In this document: in pieces, positions 31,003 through 38,134 of the stretch
Numbering within the stretch: position 1 is the stretch's first letter
How the letters are laid out: every line of letters begins with the position of its first letter
Assembly: GCA_017476705.1 (NCBI GenBank)
Contig: JAFUZI010000078.1
Span: 1 to 43,309 of the forward strand
Source of the DNA: Bacilli bacterium
GTDB lineage: Bacteria > Bacillota_I > Bacilli_A > RF39 > UBA660
DNA length: 43,309 bases
Direction: 5' to 3'
The notes under the pieces: generated by a model
The model's input: only the letters and a program-made list of their open reading frames with translations
What the model was told of the DNA's origin: nothing
The model's database searches: none
Program-made: the position numbers and the translations under genes

Positions 31003-31437
31003 ATGAAAGATACATATATGCAAAGAAAAGAAGATATCGTGCGTAATTGGTATGTTGTTGACGCTGAAGGACAAAATTTAGGTCGTGTAGCTGCTCAAGT
31101 ATCTATGGTACTTATGGGTAAAAACAAACCAACTTATACACCACATATCGATTGTGGAGATAACGTTATTGTTATCAATGCTTCAAAAGTTAACTTAACT
31201 GGTAAAAAATTAGATAATAAAATCTATTACAACCATTCAGGTTATACTGGAGGATTAAGAGAAAGAACTGCTCGTGAAATGAAAGAAAACTATCCAGTTG
31301 AAATGATCGAAAGAGCTGTTAAAGGAATGCTTCCAAAAGGAAGACTTGGACGTCAAATGTATAAAAAATTATTCGTTTATGAAAATGGAGAACATCCACA
31401 CATGGCTCAAAAGCCTGTTGAGATGAAATTAAAATAG
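31003..31437 (+). CDS. rplM: 50S ribosomal protein uL13
   Basis: [28 protein letters not shown]. The ORF-track 30952 start falls in the leader. Confidence 0.93.
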   Translation: MKDTYMQRKEDIVRNWYVVDAEGQNLGRVAAQVSMVLMGKNKPTYTPHIDCGDNVIVINASKVNLTGKKLDNKIYYNHSGYTGGLRERTAREMKENYPVEMIERAVKGMLPKGRLGRQMYKKLFVYENGEHPHMAQKPVEMKLK

Positions 31438-31448
31438 GAGGTAACTAG

Positions 31449-31862
31449 ATGGCTAATAAAGTATTTACTGGTACAGGTAGAAGAAAATCTTCAGTTGCTC
31501 AAGTTAGAATGGTTGCTGGAAAAGGTAACATTACAGTTAACGGTAGAGATGTAAGAGACTTCTTCCCATATGAAACTAATGTAATGGATTTAAAACAACC
31601 TTTAGTTGCTACAAATAACGAAGAAACATTTGATATCGAAGTTAAAGTTAATGGTGGTGGATTCACTGGACAAACTGGTGCTATTAGATTAGGTATCACT
31701 AGAGCATTACTTGAATATGATGCAGCTAATGAAGGAAAAGAAGATAGCTATAGAACAATCTTAAAAAGAGCTGGTTTCATTACAAGAGATTCAAGAATGA
31801 AAGAACGTAAAAAACCAGGACTTAAAGCAGCTCGTAGAGCTCCACAATTCTCAAAAAGATAA
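31449..31862 (+). CDS. rpsI: 30S ribosomal protein uS9
   Basis: …[11 protein letters not shown]…; ends …RRAPQFSKR. Confidence 0.96.
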   Translation: MANKVFTGTGRRKSSVAQVRMVAGKGNITVNGRDVRDFFPYETNVMDLKQPLVATNNEETFDIEVKVNGGGFTGQTGAIRLGITRALLEYDAANEGKEDSYRTILKRAGFITRDSRMKERKKPGLKAARRAPQFSKR

Positions 31863-31877
31863 TATTTTGTGTATATC

Positions 31878-31903
31878 AAGCCAAGATTTATATCTTGGTT
31901 TTT
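31878..31903 (+). terminator. Intrinsic terminator after rpsI
   Basis: CCAAGAT (31881-31887) / ATCTTGG (31892-31898) followed by T5. Confidence 0.7.
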
Positions 31904-31951
31904 ATGTGGAAATATAATAATATATATGGTAAAATATAGTAGGTGATTTAA

Positions 31952-32821
31952 ATGACTTTAAGTAATGAATGGAAAGATTATGAAATTATAGATACATCTA
32001 ATGGTGAAAAGTTAGAGAGATGGAATAATATATATTTACTTAGGCCTGATCCTCAAATAATATGGGATAATGGTAAGTTAATTGAAAACTATGATAATAT
32101 TAATGCAGTATACTATCGAAGTAATAAAGGTGGCGGTCATTGGGAAAATTTAAAAGCTACTCCAGCTGAATGGCAAGTTAATTATAAAAATTTAACATTT
32201 AATATTAAACAAATGGGATTTAAACATACAGGGCTTTTTCCTGAACAAGCAGCTAACTGGGATTTTATGATTGATAAGATCAAAAAGTCAGGAAGAGATA
32301 TAAAAGTACTTAACTTATTTGCTTATACTGGTGGTGCTTCAGTTGCATGCCTATCAGCAGGCGCATCAGTAGTTCACGTTGATTCATCTAGAGGAATGGT
32401 AGACTGGGCTAAAGAAAATGTAAAATCATCAGGACTAGAAGATAGACCAATAAGATATTTAGTAGACGATGTCGTTAAATTTGTTAAAAGAGAAATTAGA
32501 CGTGGTAATAAATATGATGCAATAGTAATGGATCCACCTAGTTATGGACGTGGGTCTAATGGTGAAGTTTGGGATATTGAAAAAGATTTATTTAATTTAG
32601 TGAATCTATGTACTGAAATTTTATCAGATGATCCATTATTCTTTATAATAAACTCATATACTACTGGTTTATCTAAAGAAGTATTAGTTAATGTTTTAAA
32701 ATTAACAGTTGGAAAAATTTATAATGGTGACATTTATTCTGATGAGATAGGACTTCCTATTAAAAATAGTGATTTAGTACTTCCTTGTGGAATATATGGA
32801 AGGTTTGAAAAAAAGGACTAA
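31952..32821 (+). CDS. Class I SAM-dependent methyltransferase (RlmI/RlmK-like catalytic domain)
   Basis: Motif I NLFAYTGGASVA and motif IV VMDPPSYGRG; 289 aa. Confidence 0.72.
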   Translation: MTLSNEWKDYEIIDTSNGEKLERWNNIYLLRPDPQIIWDNGKLIENYDNINAVYYRSNKGGGHWENLKATPAEWQVNYKNLTFNIKQMGFKHTGLFPEQAANWDFMIDKIKKSGRDIKVLNLFAYTGGASVACLSAGASVVHVDSSRGMVDWAKENVKSSGLEDRPIRYLVDDVVKFVKREIRRGNKYDAIVMDPPSYGRGSNGEVWDIEKDLFNLVNLCTEILSDDPLFFIINSYTTGLSKEVLVNVLKLTVGKIYNGDIYSDEIGLPIKNSDLVLPCGIYGRFEKKD

Positions 32822-32838
32822 TTATTAGTCCTTTTTGT
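32808..32838. terminator. Bidirectional terminator shared by convergent genes
   Basis: 10-bp stem AAAAGGACTA (32811-32820) / TAGTCCTTTT (32826-32835), flanked by an A-run and a T-run. It contains both stop codons. Confidence 0.6.
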
Positions 32839-33073
32839 ATTCTATAATATCTGTTATATCACAATCTAGATAGTTACATAATCTAGCAAGTACTGCCAAA
32901 TCAATTCTCTCGATTTCTCCGCTCCATATTCTTTTTAGTACTTTATAGTCAGTATTTGTATCACGCATTATTTTGTTTTTGCTAATTTTCTTATCTTCAA
33001 GAAGCTTTTCTAGTTTAAAAATTATATGGCCATTTTCAAGTTTAACTTTATATATTTTTTCCATTTTGGCCAC
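32825..33073 (-). CDS. Small Cro/C1-type HTH regulator (HTH_26-like, 82 aa)
   Basis: …ISKNKIMRDTNTDYKVLKRIWSGEIERIDLAVLARLCNYLDCDITDIIEY pattern. Confidence 0.7.
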   Translation of the reverse strand: MAKMEKIYKVKLENGHIIFKLEKLLEDKKISKNKIMRDTNTDYKVLKRIWSGEIERIDLAVLARLCNYLDCDITDIIEYKKD

Positions 33074-33111
33074 CTTCTCTCTAATAAAATTTTATCAAAA
33101 TGATTTGCCAG

Positions 33112-33140
33112 TTGACTATTGGCTATATAACCAATATAAT
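33112..33140 (+). promoter_or_regulatory. Promoter with a palindromic operator in the spacer
   Basis: TTGACT (33112-33117), 17-nt spacer, TATAAT (33135-33140). The spacer is the near-palindrome ATTGGcTATATAaCCAAT (33118-33135). Confidence 0.5.
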
Positions 33141-33156
33141 TAAAGAAGGTGATTGT

Positions 33157-33333
33157 ATGGAATATAAAGATTTAATTAAACTTGTTGAAGATAAGAGAAA
33201 TAAAGTATATAAACAGTTTAAAAAATCAAAGTTATTTAAGAAAAAATATATGGTGTATATCAATAAATATGATGTGTTATTATTAGAATTATATACAAAA
33301 TATGAAAAATATTTAACTATTACTGATATTTAG
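33157..33333 (+). CDS. Small hypothetical protein (58 aa, basic, helical)
   Basis: ATG 33157 follows AAGAAGGTGA. The ORF-track start 33100 lies upstream of the promoter. Confidence 0.4.
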   Translation: MEYKDLIKLVEDKRNKVYKQFKKSKLFKKKYMVYINKYDVLLLELYTKYEKYLTITDI

Positions 33334-33357
33334 TCATATATTTTATTAGGTGATTAT

Positions 33358-33482
33358 ATGAAGAAAAAAAACATTATAATAGTTATGATGTTTTTATTTG
33401 CATTAGTATTTAACATTATAAAGGCTGACAATAGTAATCTTCCTCTTTTTGGGAAAGTTATTTATATTGACCCTGGTCATGG
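33358..33482 (+). pseudogene. cwlD: 5' fragment of cwlD (germination-specific N-acetylmuramoyl-L-alanine amidase): signal/anchor peptide up to DPGHG
   Basis: MKKKNIIIVMMFLFALVFNIIKADNSNLPLFGKVIYIDPGHG, after which the frame runs into element DNA (EYLYTRSNIIEVR, stop at 33523-33525). Confidence 0.85.
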
Positions 33483-33562
33483 CGAATACTTATATACTAG
33501 GAGCAATATAATTGAGGTAAGATAATACAAAATATAAACTATTATAGGAGGTATTATGTACT

Positions 33563-33775
33563 ATGACTTTCAAAGAATTTTGTAAGAAATATAACGAAAT
33601 AAAAATAAAATATGATACTATTGTTTTGTCTGAATTAATTAAATTATATAAGGAATATGGAAAGGAAAAGCCAACACCACAGATTATATTTAATGAACTA
33701 CATGATTATATAAATTATTCTGATAAAGAGGAAAAGCATATTATAAAAGAAGCAATAAAGTTGAGTTGTAAATAA
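33563..33775 (+). CDS. Hypothetical small helical protein (70 aa)
   Basis: ORF with AGGAGG upstream, at the left end of the element. Confidence 0.4.
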   Translation: MTFKEFCKKYNEIKIKYDTIVLSELIKLYKEYGKEKPTPQIIFNELHDYINYSDKEEKHIIKEAIKLSCK

Positions 33776-33783
33776 AGGTCAAA

Positions 33784-33817
33784 AAGAAAAGCAAGTTTAA
33801 ATTTACTTGCTTTTTTT
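33784..33817. terminator. Bidirectional terminator between convergent element genes
   Basis: AAAAGCAAGT (33787-33796) / ACTTGCTTTT (33805-33814), with A/T runs on both sides. Confidence 0.55.
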
Positions 33818-33991
33818 GAAATCTATATTTTTAAGGGCATATTCTATACATTGATTAATAAGTTGGTTTCTACTAATATCGGTTTGCATAGCTATTTTAT
33901 CTATTTCTTCTACTTTATCTATATTTAATCTAATTGAAATAACTATTTTTTCATTTTTAGGTATTGTTTTAGTTGGTTGAAATTTTTCCAT
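33803..33991 (-). CDS. Ribbon-helix-helix (CopG/Arc-like) DNA-binding protein
   Basis: 62 aa. Beta-strand KIVISIRLN followed by two helices (KVEEIDKIA…SRNQLINQCIEYALKN). Confidence 0.65.
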   Translation of the reverse strand: MEKFQPTKTIPKNEKIVISIRLNIDKVEEIDKIAMQTDISRNQLINQCIEYALKNIDFKKSK

Positions 33992-34055
33992 ATTTTTACA
34001 CCTTTCTTTATATAATTGTATTCTTTTTTAATATTTATTCATATATTCAATAATA

Positions 34056-34075
34056 GTATTCAAAAAAATGAATAC
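34056..34075. promoter_or_regulatory. Palindromic operator candidate in the divergent RHH / membrane-protein promoter region
   Basis: GTATTCA-aaaaaa-TGAATAC, with an extra GTATTC copy at 34018-34023. An extended -10 TGgTATAAT lies at 34091-34099. Confidence 0.45.
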
Positions 34076-34122
34076 AAAATACAGAAACTATGGTATAATA
34101 CTTGCAGAGGTGCTATGTTTGT

Positions 34123-35085
34123 ATGGATAATAAAACAAAAGATTTGATTACAAATTATAAACAAGCTATAGATTTAATGTACGAAGTTGATATGAAGTAT
34201 AAGAAAATTAATTCATTAGATACTGATATAAATAGAATTAAAGATAATTTTACTCATAGAGAAGAAGAACTTCATTATAAAATTATTGCTAATTCTAATA
34301 ATACAGAAAAAATAGTAAAAAGAATAATAAGATTTGGTCTTGCAATTATTATTTGTATACTATTTATTAAAGGATATATGCATAACAAAATAATTCCAGG
34401 TATTGAGGAAACACCAGCTTATACTTTTAGTGATTATTTTACAATAGCATTTGATTCACTTTTACTCTTTGCTATATTTCAATTTGTTGGTAAATTACCA
34501 GCATATATAATTTATAATATTTTTGGTAATAGATTAGAAGAATTATCTAGCAAGAAATATACTAAAGAACAAGAAAAATTATCAAATGAAAGAAAAAAAG
34601 CAAATAATGAAATAAGCAAAATAAATATGGAGATAGAGCAATTAAATAAAGAGATAGAGAGTAAACAAAAAGAAATAGATAAAATTAATCTTGGTAATTT
34701 ACACAATGATTATAAAAATTATTATGCTTTAACTTTGTTTGTAGATTATTTAGAAAAAGGACGATGTGATAGTATAAAAGAGTGTATTAATTTGTATGAG
34801 CATGAATTAAAAGAAAATGAAAGAAATAATCAAATTCAAAATTTACAAAGTCAAGTTAATAGACAAATTGGTAATGTTAGAGATGAAATGCAAAGTATTA
34901 GAAATAAAATTGAAGATGTTAATAGTGAAATTGGCGGTATGAAAGATAACATAAAAGATATTAATTCAAAAGCATCAAAGAGTTTAGATTTAGCTGAAAC
35001 AGAGGCTAAAATTAAAACAGAAGAACTTACTTATGAATATGGTAGAGAAAAATTAAGACAAATTAATAATAAAAATTATAAGTAA
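34123..35085 (+). CDS. Membrane protein with two TM helices and long coiled-coil regions; function unknown
   Basis: ATG 34123 follows GAGGTG. TM segments are IIRFGLAIIICILFI and LLLFAIFQFVGKLPAYIIYNIF. The C-terminal half has heptad-like K/E/N/I repeats. Confidence 0.6.
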   Translation: MDNKTKDLITNYKQAIDLMYEVDMKYKKINSLDTDINRIKDNFTHREEELHYKIIANSNNTEKIVKRIIRFGLAIIICILFIKGYMHNKIIPGIEETPAYTFSDYFTIAFDSLLLFAIFQFVGKLPAYIIYNIFGNRLEELSSKKYTKEQEKLSNERKKANNEISKINMEIEQLNKEIESKQKEIDKINLGNLHNDYKNYYALTLFVDYLEKGRCDSIKECINLYEHELKENERNNQIQNLQSQVNRQIGNVRDEMQSIRNKIEDVNSEIGGMKDNIKDINSKASKSLDLAETEAKIKTEELTYEYGREKLRQINNKNYK

Positions 35086-35108
35086 AAATGAAAGTAGAGG
35101 GATAGAAA

Positions 35109-35777
35109 ATGAAAAAAATAAGATTTTTAAGTTTAATATTGATGATGGCATTAGTTTTAACTGGTTGTGGTAAAGATAAGACTAGATATATTGATGGCAA
35201 AGGAACAAGTCTTCAATCTGAATGTCCTAGTGATAAATGTGTATATTCTTCATATCATAATTCTGATATATATTTTAAATCTGATAATGTAGATAATGAT
35301 AAAAAAACTTTAAAAAATTATGTTAAAGATTATAAGGAATTAACATATGAGGATAAAGATGATAATAAGGTTAAACAAAGTAGAGTTTTTATGGCATATA
35401 TTTTGGATAAAAAAGAGCAAGTAGAAAAAGCATTTGTATGTGGAATTGTTTATAATGTTAATTATGGTGAAAAAGTTATGTGCTTTGAGGGTGGAAACAT
35501 TAATGATGAGAAAAGTTATGAAACTGCCAAATCAAATTTAATCGCAAAATTAGGCACTAAATCTGATGATAGTTATTATGGTTGTTATATTGACAATGAC
35601 TATGGAGAAGATTATCTTAATTGTGCAGTTCAGACTGATGAACATAACGATGATATACATTTCTTACTATATAAAAATGGAAACATAAATGTTTCAACAT
35701 ATAGAAGAGATGGCGAATTGTGTTTTATTACAAGTAAAGAAATCGGTCATTATATGGGGTGCATGATTAATAGATAA
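35109..35777 (+). CDS. Cys-rich lipoprotein of unknown function
   Basis: Signal peptide plus lipobox LTGC (MKKIRFLSLILMMALVLTGCG). The mature part has 9 further Cys. Confidence 0.7.
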   Translation: MKKIRFLSLILMMALVLTGCGKDKTRYIDGKGTSLQSECPSDKCVYSSYHNSDIYFKSDNVDNDKKTLKNYVKDYKELTYEDKDDNKVKQSRVFMAYILDKKEQVEKAFVCGIVYNVNYGEKVMCFEGGNINDEKSYETAKSNLIAKLGTKSDDSYYGCYIDNDYGEDYLNCAVQTDEHNDDIHFLLYKNGNINVSTYRRDGELCFITSKEIGHYMGCMINR

Positions 35778-35783
35778 AACAAT

Positions 35784-35817
35784 AAAGAACTAGATCATAA
35801 ATATACTAGTTCTTTTT
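35784..35817 (+). terminator. Intrinsic terminator after the lipoprotein gene
   Basis: 10-bp stem AAAGAACTAG (35784-35793) / CTAGTTCTTT (35806-35815) followed by Ts. Confidence 0.65.
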
Positions 35818-35820
35818 ATT

Positions 35821-36039
35821 TTACCTACATTTATCTTTAATCATTCTATTTATAATATCGCCTAAATTTTCTATATCTTCTTCACTGAAAGAATTTTGAT
35901 AATATATTTTTGGTACTAAAATATAATAACAATCATTAGTGTTTATATCTTTTTTGTTTTTGTTTATTGCAAATTCTTTTTCCAATTCTTCATAAAGTTC
36001 ATAATATTCATCTTGGTTTATTTCATTATTATTTAATTT
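35821..36039 (-). other. 72 open codons in the same frame immediately after the TAA stop of the XRE gene (nonsense-truncated C-terminal domain, readthrough, or a gene with a non-ATG start)
   Basis: Manual translation: KLNNNEINQDEYYELYEELEKEFAINKNKKDINTNDCYYILVPKIYYQNSFSEEDIENLGDIINRMIKDKCR, stop at 35821-35823. Confidence 0.4.
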
Positions 36040-36438
36040 TTATTTTAACTTTACTATATCAAAGAGATATTTAATAAATACAGGTTTAGTTTTAAATTGC
36101 AATGTTTCAATATTATGCACTTGTAAATGTCGGTCCGTATATTCTTTATTAAAGATTTTAATATCAAACACTACATCTAACATTTTATCAAGCTTATTTT
36201 CATCTGCATCTGTATAATCTGTTAAGTTATATAAGTAATCTAAACTGACTTGACATAAATTTTTCATTTTAATTGCTAAATCAACCTTTAATTCTGTAGT
36301 ACCACTTTCAATATTTTTTATTACTTGTTCGGATATACCATCTAATTTATCTGCAAGTTTCCTTTTAGTTTTATATCCAGCTAATTCTCTAGCAAGTTTA
36401 ACTCTTTTTCCTATTTTTTTATTTTCCTCTTTAGTCAT
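36040..36438 (-). CDS. XRE-family HTH repressor (ImmR/CI-like) of the element
   Basis: HTH_3 pattern IGKRVKLARELAGYKTKRKLADKLDGISEQVIKNIESG. ATG 36438 follows GGGGA, and the gene is divergent from the transfer module. Confidence 0.8.
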   Translation of the reverse strand: MTKEENKKIGKRVKLARELAGYKTKRKLADKLDGISEQVIKNIESGTTELKVDLAIKMKNLCQVSLDYLYNLTDYTDADENKLDKMLDVVFDIKIFNKEYTDRHLQVHNIETLQFKTKPVFIKYLFDIVKLK

Positions 36439-36484
36439 TTTCAATTCCCCTTTCATTCAGATATTATATAGTAAAAGTGGCAAT

Positions 36485-36562
36485 TTGTCATCTTTTTTTT
36501 GTACTTTTTTCTGGGTGTCTTGTACCCTATTTTAATGACAACTACTAAAAAATGAGTATTAT
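36485..36562. promoter_or_regulatory. Divergent control region with repeated TTGTCA/TTGTAC words
   Basis: TTGTCAT (36485-36491) is inverted as ATGACAA (36535-36541). TTGTAC occurs at 36499-36504 and 36520-25. Possible rightward promoter ATGACA, 16-nt spacer, TATTAT. Confidence 0.3.
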
Positions 36563-36618
36563 AAGAAGCGTCTTGAGGAAAAACTCGGACAAAAATATAA
36601 TGAGAGGAGGGATACTTT

Positions 36619-36939
36619 ATGTTTAACGAAATTTATCTTGATACTGATAAGACAGTTGGAACAAAATTTTTATTAACAGAAGTTAAAGAAAAAGCCGTAT
36701 ATGAAAATGGTAAGCCAACTGGAGCATATAGTGGATACAAGTACACAGTTAGTTGTATGGAAAAAGGTTTAAAACAAATAAATGTTTCTATACCTGGAAC
36801 TCAACAAGTATCATTATCTGCTAGTGATGACTTTAAAGAAGTATCATTCAAAGATTTAACATTGAAAGCATTTATAATGAATAATCGTATTCAATTTAGT
36901 GCTAGTGCAACTGGTATAACAGAAATAAAAGAAAAATAG
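36619..36939 (+). CDS. Small beta-rich protein, HelP/DUF961-like (helicase processivity factor of ICEBs1/Tn916-type elements)
   Basis: 106 aa, immediately upstream of the FtsK-like gene. Size, position and sequence pattern resemble Tn916 Orf22/23-type proteins. Strong SD GAGAGGAGGG. Confidence 0.45.
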   Translation: MFNEIYLDTDKTVGTKFLLTEVKEKAVYENGKPTGAYSGYKYTVSCMEKGLKQINVSIPGTQQVSLSASDDFKEVSFKDLTLKAFIMNNRIQFSASATGITEIKEK

Positions 36940-36971
36940 AGGAATTATATTTCCTCTTCCCCTAATGGGGA
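36938..36971 (+). other. Two adjacent GC-rich hairpins between the helP-like and ftsK-like genes
   Basis: AGAGGAA (36938-36944) / TTCCTCT (36951-36957), then TCCCC (36958-36962) / GGGGA (36967-36971). No T-run follows. Confidence 0.4.
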
Positions 36972-36988
36972 ATTAAGGAGTGATTAAA

Positions 36989-38131
36989 ATGATTATATTA
37001 AAGATTATTATAATGGTTATGTATTTGATATTTTCAATATATGTTTGGAATAAGAAAAATTTATTAATAGATTTTATGCATTTAAACGAACAAAATCTAA
37101 TAGATAAAGTTTTTATAAATGGATATTATATTGTTTTAGTTGTATTGATAATATTAATTGCAATTTGGTTATTAAGAAAAATAAGTGATAAAGGAGACTT
37201 TAAAATGAATTGTATAAACATAATGAATAAAGAGGGACAAAGTGCGAAATTATATAAAATAAAAAAAGATACAAATAATTATAGAAAGTATTACTTTAAA
37301 AATTATGGTGTACCACTTGAAGAATTTATTAATAAAAAATCATATTTAGAAACAGCTCTTAATGCAAAAATAGAAAGTATATCATATGGTAAAGATAGTA
37401 AATCTATTATTGTCTATGGTATCCCATTTAAACTAATAAAGCCAAGAAATTTTATGTTATCATCAGAAGACGCTTTTTTAGTAGATAACCCAATTAATTA
37501 TTTAATAGTTGGTGGTACTGGTTCGGGTAAAACTACAATGTCAAAAATATTATTATGTAATTTAATTTTTAGATATAGTGATATTAAATTATATATTCTT
37601 GATTATAAGAACGAAGACTTTTTGTTTTTAAAAGATTATAAAAGATATTATGGATATAAAGAAGTAGAAAAAGGAATTAATGAGGTTTATGAAGAATTTC
37701 AAAATAGATTATCTTCGGACAATGCCGATAAAACACCTATTATATTATTTATAGATGAATATGCCTCTTTTTTAAGTAGTTTAGGGAAAAGAGCAAATGA
37801 ATATCAAAGTAAAATATCTGAAATCTTATTTATGGGAAGAGTTTATCAGATAATTCCTATAATAGCTATGCAAAGAGCTGATAGTAGTTATTTTAATAAT
37901 GGTTCTAGAGACCAATTTAAAAGAATAATTGCATTAGGTAATTTATCTAAAGAACAAAAAGCAATGCTCTTTAATGACTTTAAAGACAATATGAATGATA
38001 TTAATAAGATAGGCGAGGGTTATGTATATGAAGATGGAAATGTTTACTTGACTAGAATTAAAGTGCAAAAAGTAAATGCTGATGAGGAAAGAATAATAAA
38101 TAATTGCATAAGAAATGCTGTATCTAATTAG
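36989..38131 (+). CDS. FtsK/SpoIIIE/TcpA-type DNA translocase (coupling-protein-like)
   Basis: Two N-terminal TM helices, Walker A GGTGSGKT, Walker B ILFIDEY. ATG 36989 lies 9 nt after AAGGAG. Confidence 0.82.
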   Translation: MIILKIIIMVMYLIFSIYVWNKKNLLIDFMHLNEQNLIDKVFINGYYIVLVVLIILIAIWLLRKISDKGDFKMNCINIMNKEGQSAKLYKIKKDTNNYRKYYFKNYGVPLEEFINKKSYLETALNAKIESISYGKDSKSIIVYGIPFKLIKPRNFMLSSEDAFLVDNPINYLIVGGTGSGKTTMSKILLCNLIFRYSDIKLYILDYKNEDFLFLKDYKRYYGYKEVEKGINEVYEEFQNRLSSDNADKTPIILFIDEYASFLSSLGKRANEYQSKISEILFMGRVYQIIPIIAMQRADSSYFNNGSRDQFKRIIALGNLSKEQKAMLFNDFKDNMNDINKIGEGYVYEDGNVYLTRIKVQKVNADEERIINNCIRNAVSN

Positions 38132-38134
38132 AGG

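Noticed and set aside
33556-33585. 9-codon mini-ORF (ATG 33556) directly after AGGAGG at the left end of the element
   Set aside because: It is too short to support as a gene. It may only reflect an ambiguous start for the 70-aa ORF at 33563, so I did not list it as a feature.
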